NCBI GenBank assembly: GCA_963813495.1
Contig: CAWEZC010000004.1
Location: 80,483-144,482 of the forward strand
Length of the DNA: 64,000 nt
Direction of reading: 5' to 3'
Source of the DNA: an uncultured Thermoleophilaceae bacterium
GTDB lineage: Bacteria > Actinomycetota > Thermoleophilia > Solirubrobacterales > Thermoleophilaceae
Of the stretch, positions 44,726-52,874 are shown piece by piece. How positions within the stretch are numbered: the stretch's first letter is position 1; the number at the start of each line of letters is the position of its first letter. The notes beneath the pieces were generated by a model, which saw only the letters and a program-made list of their open reading frames with translations, was not told the DNA's origin and did no database searches. A program made the translations under genes and the position numbers.

Positions 44726-46546
44726 TCAGGCCGGGCGCGGTTCGGGCCCGGGCCGCGCAGCGGGACGAGCCGGACCACCGTCGGGCTCGGCGCCGTCCCC
44801 ATCCGGCTCGGCGGCGTTTCCTTCGGGACGGTCGCCGCCGTTTCCGGCCGGTGTCGGCGGATCCGCCGATGCGCCTGCGCCCGCCGCCTGCTGGGCCTTC
44901 ATCTTGGCCATGAACTCGGCCTGCGCCTGGGCAGGGGTCCGCCGCAGCGCGCCCATCAGCGGCAGTACGGTGAGCACGAGCAGAGCGGCGTGGCGGAAGG
45001 CCCAGGCGAAGCCCTCGCGCGCCGAGCCGGCGGTCTCGCGGATGATCTCCTCGTCGAAGCCCGGCTTGGGCTCGAAGCGATCGCTGGTGCCGCCCGTGTA
45101 GTCGTGGAGGGTCGACTGGATCACCACCGCGGCCTCGGGCCGCGGGATCTCCCACTCGCCCACGATGTCGTCGATCTCCTCGTCGGCGAACCAGGACATG
45201 TGCGCGCTGAGCGCGCCGCCGAAGGTGGCGATCAGCACCGCCACGCCGATGGCGGCACCTAGCTGGCGTGCCGTGTTGAGGATGCCCGAGGCGAGCCCTA
45301 CCTCGGGACCCGCCACCGCGCCCATGGCACCCACGTTCAGCGCGGGGAAGCAGATGCCCATGCCCACGCCGATGAGGAGCAGGCCGGGGAGGATGCGCAG
45401 GTAGCTGAAGGCGTTGTCGGCCGTAGCGGGCAGGAAGGAGACGATCAGCATCCCCACCGCCATCGCGATCAGGCCGGGCTTGGCCAGGTCGCCGGGCGCG
45501 CGCCTGTCCGCCGCCCGTCCTACGAAGGGCCACACCACGAGGCCCATCAGGGCGACGGGGGTGATCGCCAGGCCCGCCTCGAGCTGGCTGTAGCCCCACA
45601 AGTTCACGAAGACTAGCGAGAGCAGCAGCAGCGATCCGATGGCACCCGCGCCGAAGAACAGCATGCCGATGTTGGCGTTGCGGAACTGCCGGTTGGCCAG
45701 CAGGCCGGGGGTGATCATCGGGTTGGGCGCGCGCCGCTCCCACCAGGCGAACAGCACGCCGAGCAGGATCGCGCCCTGCATCAGGCTGAGCCAGAGCGGC
45801 AGGTCACCCTCGAACGGATTCGCCTCCACCAGGGCGAACGTGAGGAACATGACCGCTCCGCCGAGCAGGAGCATTCCTTTTACGTCCACCTGGCGCCCGG
45901 CCGTCAAGTCCCAGGTCTCGGGCCACCAGCGCAGCGCGAGGAGGATGCCCAGGATGCCGAAGGGGATGTTGATCAGGAAAATCCAGTGCCAGCTGGCGAT
46001 CTCCACCAGGACCCCACCGATCACCGGCCCGAGGGCGGACGATACGAGCGCGACGACGGCGATCAGCGCCAGACCGCGTCCGCGCTGGGCGGGCGGGAAG
46101 ACCAACACGGTCATGGCGAAGCCGAGTGGCGCGAGGATGCCCGCGCCCGCGCCCTGGATCACGCGAAAGGCGATCAGCCACTCCACCGACCAGGCCGCCG
46201 CGCAGAGCGCCGAACCGACCGTGAACACCGCCATGCCGATGACGAAGAAGCGCTTGCGGCCGAACTGGTCGGCCAAGCGGCCCATCGAGACGAGCAGGAT
46301 CGCGAAGACGATGTTGTAGGCGTTGATGACCCAGGTGACCGTGGCGATGTCGGTCGACAGCTCGTCCTGGAGCTCGGGCACCGACACGTTGACGATCGAG
46401 ACGTCCAGCAGGGACATCGCCCAGCCGATCATCATGACCCCGAAGATGCGCCACTTGTTGGCGTACAGGAACTCCGGGGAGGGGTTCTTGCGCTCCTTGA
46501 CGGCAGGCGGGGCGGCGCCCTCGCCGTTGACCTGCTCGTCGCTCAC
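44726..46546 (-). CDS. MFS transporter, DHA2 (EmrB/QacA-like) drug:H+ antiporter type, with a long C-terminal tail
   Basis: GTG at 46546 overlaps the upstream stop (GTGA). 'MGRLADQFGRKRFF' and 'RVIQGAGAGILAP' are MFS motifs A and C. Many TM helices. Confidence 0.9.
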   Translation of the reverse strand: MSDEQVNGEGAAPPAVKERKNPSPEFLYANKWRIFGVMMIGWAMSLLDVSIVNVSVPELQDELSTDIATVTWVINAYNIVFAILLVSMGRLADQFGRKRFFVIGMAVFTVGSALCAAAWSVEWLIAFRVIQGAGAGILAPLGFAMTVLVFPPAQRGRGLALIAVVALVSSALGPVIGGVLVEIASWHWIFLINIPFGILGILLALRWWPETWDLTAGRQVDVKGMLLLGGAVMFLTFALVEANPFEGDLPLWLSLMQGAILLGVLFAWWERRAPNPMITPGLLANRQFRNANIGMLFFGAGAIGSLLLLSLVFVNLWGYSQLEAGLAITPVALMGLVVWPFVGRAADRRAPGDLAKPGLIAMAVGMLIVSFLPATADNAFSYLRILPGLLLIGVGMGICFPALNVGAMGAVAGPEVGLASGILNTARQLGAAIGVAVLIATFGGALSAHMSWFADEEIDDIVGEWEIPRPEAAVVIQSTLHDYTGGTSDRFEPKPGFDEEIIRETAGSAREGFAWAFRHAALLVLTVLPLMGALRRTPAQAQAEFMAKMKAQQAAGAGASADPPTPAGNGGDRPEGNAAEPDGDGAEPDGGPARPAARPGPEPRPA

Positions 46547-48147
46547 GGCTGCGGCTCCGGAATCCGCTCGTTGGAGGGGAGCGGCCCGCCCTCGGGCACG
46601 CGGCCGTCGAACTTGAGGTCCTCGGGCTCGGTGCCGTCGTCCGGCTCGTCGTTGTCGACGGGATCGAAGTCGTTCGGGATGTCGTCGTCGTCGGCGTCGT
46701 CGTCGCCGCGCTCCCGGTTGGGCCGCAGCGCGCCGTCGGGCCCGAACTCCGGCAGCGTGCCGCCGGCGACCATCACGGCGACCTCCGACAGCTCGGTGAG
46801 CTTGCCCGGATCCTCGTTGGCCACGTCGTCGTAGCGCTTGATGTCGTCCTCGGCCTCTTCGTCGTCGTCGTAGAGACGCCGCTCGATCTCCTGGCGGTCG
46901 GCCACCATCAGCCAGCGCTTGTCGCGCACGATTATGTTCTCGCCGACGGCAGTCACGTTGTAGCCGCGGTGGTAGAGGTCCCACTGGTCGACGTCGTCGA
47001 ACAGGGCGGTGAGGTCCTCACCCCCCATCTTGCCGGGAATGGTCACGTCGAGGAAGGACAGGATGGTGGGCGCCACGTCGTGGGTGGTGGCGTACCAGTC
47101 GACGTCGTCACCGGCCTTGGTGCCGTCGGGGTGGCGTATGAGGAGCGGGATCTCGTAGGCCGGGCGGTAGGAGGTGGGCGTGCCGATCCCCATGTAGTCG
47201 TGCTCGCCCAGCGCGACGCCCTGGTCGCCGATCGCCACCACGAGGGTCGAGCCGAGCAGATCGAGCTCGGACAGTCGGTCCATCAGCCGCCCGACCCACC
47301 CGTCGACCGCCTCGACGTGGTCGGCGTACGCGCTGCGCACCTTCTTCTCCTCGTCACCGCTCCAGCGCAGCTCCACGAGGCGGTCGGTGTTGGGCCCGAT
47401 GCCCTCGTCCTCGACCTCGCCGGGCTTGACGTAGACGGGCGGGGCGAACGCCGCCTGCGCCGGGTCGAAGGGGTCGATGGCCAGGAAGAAGGAGGAGTCG
47501 CCGCGCAGCCCCTCGAGCTCGCGGATGCCGACGCGGAAGGTGGCTGCGGTGGCGCGCGTCTGGCGCCTGATCGCGGGCAGGAGCTCGGTGTCGATGCCCG
47601 GAGCGGGGGCGGAGGAGAGTGCCTGCGGCCCGCCCGCGGTCCGCCTCACGTCCGGGAAGCGCTCGCCCTCCAGGATCGGGTTGTCGCTCACGTACGACGT
47701 GATGACCCCGTTCCCGCGCAGCGTCTCCGTCAGTACCGGCTGGTGGTACCAGATCGGATTGAAGCCGGGCACCGGCGCCAGCCCGTCCGTGCGCTTCCAG
47801 TCGCGGAAGGGATAGGCGCGGGTGCCGGTGATCAGCGCACGCCTGTTGGGCAGCGCCGGCATCGACTCCGGCATCGCGCGATCGAAGCGCAGCGAGTCCT
47901 CGGCCAGCGCGTCGAGCTTGGGCGTGTCCGCGGGCGAGTCGCCCTCGAAGGCCTTGACGTGGTCGGCGCGCACCAGCGGCAGCACCACCAGCACTACGTT
48001 GCGGGCGCGCCCCTCGTCGGCCTGTGCCGCGGCGGCCTGCGGCAGTGCCGCCAGGCCGAGCACGCCCGCGCCGGCGGCGCCCACGCCGCCGCGCCGCAGC
48101 AGGGTCCGGCGCGTGAGGCCGCGCCGCGAGCGCTCGCCGCGCTTCAT
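46543..48147 (-). CDS. Tat-exported sulfatase-fold protein with degenerate active site (predicted pseudoenzyme)
   Basis: ATG at 48147 overlaps the upstream stop (ATGA). Tat motif 'LTRRTLLRRG'. Clear paralogue of 48144..49688, but with 'VVLPLVRADH', 'MPALPNRRALITG' and 'IGDQG' where that protein has 'FTDSTRADY', 'MPTGPARRALLTG' and 'SDHG'. Long acidic tail. Confidence 0.8.
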   Translation of the reverse strand: MKRGERSRRGLTRRTLLRRGGVGAAGAGVLGLAALPQAAAAQADEGRARNVVLVVLPLVRADHVKAFEGDSPADTPKLDALAEDSLRFDRAMPESMPALPNRRALITGTRAYPFRDWKRTDGLAPVPGFNPIWYHQPVLTETLRGNGVITSYVSDNPILEGERFPDVRRTAGGPQALSSAPAPGIDTELLPAIRRQTRATAATFRVGIRELEGLRGDSSFFLAIDPFDPAQAAFAPPVYVKPGEVEDEGIGPNTDRLVELRWSGDEEKKVRSAYADHVEAVDGWVGRLMDRLSELDLLGSTLVVAIGDQGVALGEHDYMGIGTPTSYRPAYEIPLLIRHPDGTKAGDDVDWYATTHDVAPTILSFLDVTIPGKMGGEDLTALFDDVDQWDLYHRGYNVTAVGENIIVRDKRWLMVADRQEIERRLYDDDEEAEDDIKRYDDVANEDPGKLTELSEVAVMVAGGTLPEFGPDGALRPNRERGDDDADDDDIPNDFDPVDNDEPDDGTEPEDLKFDGRVPEGGPLPSNERIPEPQP

Positions 48148-49688
48148 CCGCCGAGCACCGCCTTGCCGGACCCGCGGCTGAACTGCGGCAGCGTGCCGCC
48201 GGCCTCGTCCTCGAGCACGCGCCAGAGCCGGTCGACCACCTCGGGATGCTCGGCGGCCACGTCCTGCAGCTCCTCGGGGTCCGCGCGCTTGTCGTACAGG
48301 CGCTTGCGCTTGCCCTCGCTGTCGGAGAGCAGGAACCAGTCGAGGTCGCCGGCCAGCACGTGGTCGTCGTAGCAGGAGGTGAATACGGGCCGCGGCGGCG
48401 GCTCGCCGCCGTCGAACATCACCGACAGGTCCTCGCCCGACATCAACCCGGGCGCGCGTATGCCCATGAAGGACAGGGCGGTGCGGGGCAGGTCGTGGGT
48501 GGAGGCGAAGAAGTCGCTCGAGTCCCCGGCGCGCTTGCCCTCGGGATGCCGGATCATGCAGGGCACGTGGTAGATGTGCCACTGGGCGCGGGCCGCGTGC
48601 TTGCCGAGGATTCCCTGCTCGCCGAGCGTCAGCCCGTGATCGGACATGTACATGACCACGGTGTTGTCGAGCAGATTCTGCCGGTCGAGCTCGTTCATCA
48701 GGCGCCCGATCCACTCGTCCACGAACTCCAGCTCGGCGGCGTACAGCTGGCGGACGCGCTCGATTGTCTCGTCGTCCACGTCCACGTCGACGACCCAGGA
48801 GTACGGCGTCTCGAACGGCTGGATCGGAGTTATGCCCTGCTTCTCGATGCCCATGGGCTGGTCGCCCCAACGCGCCTGGTACACGCGCGGGGCGTCGAGC
48901 GGCTCGTGCGGGTCGAAGGCGTCCACGCCGAGGAAGAAGGGCTTGCCCTCCTCCTTCAGATCGTCGAGCAGTCGCAGCCCTGCGCGGATCACACGCGCGG
49001 TGGGATAGTCGCCGTCGCTGTCGCGGTAGATCGAATTCCAGCCCGCCATCGCGCGTAGGCGGCCCACCTCGACGCTGTCCGACAGCTCCGGCAGCAGGTA
49101 GCGCTCGATGGTGCTGCGCGTGGCCGGGCGCTTGTAGGGCTTGTTGAGGAAGCGATAGGCGCCCTGCGAGTAACTCGGCTTGACCCAGTCGAGCGTGCGC
49201 CGGAAGTTGCCGAAGCGGGGGCCGATCAGGAACGGGTTGTCGGTGCAGTAGGCGGTCTCCACGCCGGCCTCGCCCAGCACCTCCGTCACGATCGGCTGGA
49301 AGTCCGGAATCGGGATCCAGCCCGGTCCAACGGGGAGCCCCTTGGTGGGGACGTAGTTGCGGAAGGGAAACGAGCGCACCCCGGTGAGCAGCGCGCGGCG
49401 GGCGGGGCCGGTGGGCATGGCCTCGGGTACGGCGTGGTCGAACACGAGCGAGTCCCTGGCCAGGGCGTCGATGTTCGGCGTCTTGGCGAGCGAGTCCGGG
49501 TTGTAATGGGAGATGTAATCCGCGCGCGTGGAATCGGTGAAGATCAGCACCACGTTGGGGGCGTCCTCGGCGTGCTCGGTGGCCGGCTCGAAGTAGTCGT
49601 CGCCGCAGGCCGAGGCGGCAAGCGCGGCAGCGCCGGTCGCTCCCGCGCCGAACAATCCTCGTCTTGTGAAGCCGCCCCGCGAGCCCAT
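48144..49688 (-). CDS. Tat-exported sulfatase-family (alkaline phosphatase superfamily) hydrolase with Thr at the nucleophile position
   Basis: Tat motif 'FTRRGLF' plus a possible lipobox 'AASAC'. 'NVVLIFTDSTRAD', 'AMPTGPARRALLTG' and 'MYMSDHGLTLGE' follow the sulfatase (PF00884-like) layout. Confidence 0.85.
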   Translation of the reverse strand: MGSRGGFTRRGLFGAGATGAAALAASACGDDYFEPATEHAEDAPNVVLIFTDSTRADYISHYNPDSLAKTPNIDALARDSLVFDHAVPEAMPTGPARRALLTGVRSFPFRNYVPTKGLPVGPGWIPIPDFQPIVTEVLGEAGVETAYCTDNPFLIGPRFGNFRRTLDWVKPSYSQGAYRFLNKPYKRPATRSTIERYLLPELSDSVEVGRLRAMAGWNSIYRDSDGDYPTARVIRAGLRLLDDLKEEGKPFFLGVDAFDPHEPLDAPRVYQARWGDQPMGIEKQGITPIQPFETPYSWVVDVDVDDETIERVRQLYAAELEFVDEWIGRLMNELDRQNLLDNTVVMYMSDHGLTLGEQGILGKHAARAQWHIYHVPCMIRHPEGKRAGDSSDFFASTHDLPRTALSFMGIRAPGLMSGEDLSVMFDGGEPPPRPVFTSCYDDHVLAGDLDWFLLSDSEGKRKRLYDKRADPEELQDVAAEHPEVVDRLWRVLEDEAGGTLPQFSRGSGKAVLGG

Positions 49689-49739
49689 CTCCGAGGGCCG
49701 CAGGCTAGCTGACAGCCCCGGCGTGACCCCGCGATCCGC

Positions 49740-51263
49740 TTACGATCCGGGCGCCGAAGCGGTGATCTCCTGCGGGACCTCGATCTCGCGCTTGAGGATC
49801 TTGCCGGTCGGTCCCTTGGGCAGCTCGTCCACGAACCAGATCTTGCGCGGGTACTTGTAGGCGGCCACCTGATCGCGGATATAGGAGCGGATCTCGGAAG
49901 CCTCGATCGACTCGCCCTCCTTGAGCACCACCGCGGCGCCCACCTCCTCGCCGAGCGCTTCGTCGGCCACACCCACCACGGCCGCCTCCTGGATCGCGGG
50001 ATGCTCGTAGAGCACCTCCTCGACCTCGCGCGGGTAGACGTTGTAGCCGCCGCGAATGATCAGGTCCTTCTTGCGGTCGACGATGAAGAAGTAGCCGTCC
50101 TCGTCGACGCGGGCCATGTCGCCGGAGCGGAACCAGCCGTCCTCGGTGATGGCCTCGCCGGTCGCCTCCGGGCGCTCCCAGTAGCCCGTCATCACGTTGT
50201 GGCCGCGGATCACGATCTCGCCGACCTCGCCCTGCGCGACCTCGTTGCCCTGGTCGTCCCAGACCTGCATCTCGACACCCTCAATCGGAGTGCCGATGGA
50301 GCCCGCCTTGCGCTCCTTGTGCGGATGGTTGAAGGAGGCCACCGGCGAGGTCTCCGAGAGCCCGTAGCCCTCGAGGATCGGACAGCCGAACTTCTCCTCG
50401 AAGCCGCGGATGAGCTCCACCGGGATCGCTGCGCCGCCCGACATGCACAGCCGCAGCGTGGAAGCGTCGGCGTCGTCGGCCGATTCGGCGTGCAGCATCG
50501 CGTTGTACATCGTGGGCACGCCCTGGAAGACCGTCACGCGGTCCCGGCCGATGATCTCGAGCGCCTTGTCGGGGTCGAAGCGCGGGATCATCGTCACGGT
50601 GGCACCGTTGGCGACGGCGCTGTTCATCGTGCAGGTCTGGCCGAACGAGTGGAACAGGGGGAGGGCGCCCAGCAGGACATCGTCCTCGCTGAACTCGCCC
50701 AGCGTCGTCGAGGTCATCGAGCAATTGCGATGCAGGTTGCTGTGGCTGAGCTCGGCGCCCTTGGGCTTGCCGGTGGTGCCCGACGTGTAGAGGATGACCG
50801 CGGTGTCTTCCGCTGCGCGCTCGGGATCCTCGCGATCCTCCTCCTGCCCGGCCAGCAGCGCCTCGAACTCGCCGGGTGCGACGAGGATGCACTCCGTGCC
50901 CGCCTGCGCCGCTCCGTCCTCGGCGGCCTCGGCGAATCCCTGCCAGGCGAACAGGATCTTCGCTCCCGAGTCCTCCAGGTAGAAGTGCACCTCGCGCGTC
51001 TTCAGCAGCACGTTCATGGGCACCACGACACCACCGGCGCGCAGGATGCCGTAGTAGATCGCGGGGAAGTAGGGGACGTTGGGCAGCATCAGGCCCACCC
51101 GGCCGCCCGGCTCGAGGCCCTTCGACTTCAACAGGTGCGCGACCCGCGCGCTGGCGCACTCGAGCTGGTGGTAGGTCAGCTCGGCGTCGTCCAGCTTGAA
51201 CGCGACGTGGTCGCCGTTCTTCTCCGCGCTCTCAATGAGGATCCTCGCCAGGTTCTCGCTCAT
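49740..51263 (-). CDS. fadD: long-chain fatty acid-CoA ligase (AMP-dependent synthetase)
   Basis: 'ILYTSGTTGKPKGAELSH', 'GYGLSETSP', 'WFRSGDMARVDEDGYFFIVDRKKDLI' and 'PKGPTGKILKRE'. Confidence 0.92.
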   Translation of the reverse strand: MSENLARILIESAEKNGDHVAFKLDDAELTYHQLECASARVAHLLKSKGLEPGGRVGLMLPNVPYFPAIYYGILRAGGVVVPMNVLLKTREVHFYLEDSGAKILFAWQGFAEAAEDGAAQAGTECILVAPGEFEALLAGQEEDREDPERAAEDTAVILYTSGTTGKPKGAELSHSNLHRNCSMTSTTLGEFSEDDVLLGALPLFHSFGQTCTMNSAVANGATVTMIPRFDPDKALEIIGRDRVTVFQGVPTMYNAMLHAESADDADASTLRLCMSGGAAIPVELIRGFEEKFGCPILEGYGLSETSPVASFNHPHKERKAGSIGTPIEGVEMQVWDDQGNEVAQGEVGEIVIRGHNVMTGYWERPEATGEAITEDGWFRSGDMARVDEDGYFFIVDRKKDLIIRGGYNVYPREVEEVLYEHPAIQEAAVVGVADEALGEEVGAAVVLKEGESIEASEIRSYIRDQVAAYKYPRKIWFVDELPKGPTGKILKREIEVPQEITASAPGS

Positions 51264-51332
51264 GCCTCGCTCCCTTCGGTGGCTGATCGGCAGCCTAACG
51301 CGCCCGCCGTGGTGTGCCCGGGTTTGGCGCGC

Positions 51333-52874
51333 TCAGCTCAGGTTCGACAGCGCGCTGCCCATGTCGCGCGCCGCGTCGAACAGTGGCTCGGGCCAGAGCC
51401 CGAACAGGAGCGTCAGGGCGGCGAAGACGATGGCCACGGCCGCCACCTCGGGCTGCGCGCGCGTGTCGGCTTCCGGCGACCAGCCCGACACCGTCTTGAC
51501 CCGGCGCGGGGGAACGCTCGGCAGCTCGATCTCGTAGCGGCCCATCCACATGGCCGCGACCACACGCAGGTAGTAGGCCATCGAGATGACCGAGCCGATC
51601 ACGATGGCGATGCCAAGCCAGGTGTAGTCGCCGTCCACGGCGGCGTCGATGAGGAAGAACTTGCCGATGAAGCCGGCCGTGGCGGGGAAGCCGGCCAGGG
51701 ACAGCATTGCGATCGTCATCGGCCAGGCCAGCCATGGATTGCTTTGCCCGAGGTTCTCGAACGAGGCGAGATCGTCGCCGCGCTCGGAGACGCGCTCGCG
51801 CGCCACCACCACCGCGAAGGCGGCCACGTTCATGATCAGGTAGGCGCCCAGATAGAAGGCGGTGGCCTCGAGGCCGAGCCGCGTCCCCACCACCACGCCG
51901 GCGAGCAGGTAGCCCGCCTGGGCGATGCTCGACCAGGCCAGCATCCGCTTGAGCGAGCGCTGGGCGATCGCCCCGACGTTGCCGATCACGATCGTGGTCG
52001 CGGCCAGTACGGCCAGGGCGGGCGCCCATTCGAGCTGGGCCAGGCCCAGCGCCTGATCGAACAGGCGAAGGAAGATCCCGAAGGCGGCGGCCTTGGTGGC
52101 CACGGCCATGAAGGTGGTGATCGGGGTGGGTGCGCCCTGATAGACGTCCGGGGTCCATTGGTGGAAGGGCGCGACGGACGCCTTGAAGGCCAGCCCGACC
52201 GTGGTCAGCGCGATGCCGGTGAGCAGCAGGGGATCGGTGGCCGACAGCTCGGGACCGCCGAGGGCCCGGGCGATCTGGCTGAACTGCATCGAGCCGGTGG
52301 CGCCGTAGATGAGCGCCAGGCCGTAGAGCAGCGTGGCTGAGCCGACGGAACCGATTACGAGGTACTTCAGCCCGGCCTCGAGCGACTCGCGCTTGCGCAG
52401 CTCGGTGGCACACAGGACGTAGAGCGGAATCGACAACAGCTCGAGGCCGATGAACAACGTGATCAAATTCTCCGCCGAGACCAGCACCACCATGCCCGCG
52501 ATCGAGCCCAGCAGCAGCGAGTAGTACTCGCCGTGGCCTGCCTCCCGCGGCGCGTTGGCCCGCAGCGACAGGACGACCGCCACCAGCCCGGCCACGTAGA
52601 AGAGGACCGAGATGCCCAGCGAGAGGGTGTCGATCGCGAGCGAGCCCTCCATGATCGGAGGCAGGTCGCCCGGCTCCCAGATCCAGATCGTGAGCCCGAT
52701 CGCGGTGAGCAGGGCGACCGCCGTGAGCGCGGGCACGACCGTGTTGCGGACAAACGAGGAGCGCAGCAGGCCGGCCATCAGCACGATCACCGAGCCGCCC
52801 ACCAGCGCGAACAGCGGCGACAGCTCGCGGTAGTCGATCTCGGGGGCCTGGATCTGGGCGAGCAGGGTGCTCAT
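51333..52874 (-). CDS. nuoN: NADH-quinone oxidoreductase subunit N
   Basis: 513-aa antiporter-like multi-TM protein. It is last in the conserved D-to-N order and overlaps nuoM by 4 nt. Confidence 0.93.
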   Translation of the reverse strand: MSTLLAQIQAPEIDYRELSPLFALVGGSVIVLMAGLLRSSFVRNTVVPALTAVALLTAIGLTIWIWEPGDLPPIMEGSLAIDTLSLGISVLFYVAGLVAVVLSLRANAPREAGHGEYYSLLLGSIAGMVVLVSAENLITLFIGLELLSIPLYVLCATELRKRESLEAGLKYLVIGSVGSATLLYGLALIYGATGSMQFSQIARALGGPELSATDPLLLTGIALTTVGLAFKASVAPFHQWTPDVYQGAPTPITTFMAVATKAAAFGIFLRLFDQALGLAQLEWAPALAVLAATTIVIGNVGAIAQRSLKRMLAWSSIAQAGYLLAGVVVGTRLGLEATAFYLGAYLIMNVAAFAVVVARERVSERGDDLASFENLGQSNPWLAWPMTIAMLSLAGFPATAGFIGKFFLIDAAVDGDYTWLGIAIVIGSVISMAYYLRVVAAMWMGRYEIELPSVPPRRVKTVSGWSPEADTRAQPEVAAVAIVFAALTLLFGLWPEPLFDAARDMGSALSNLS

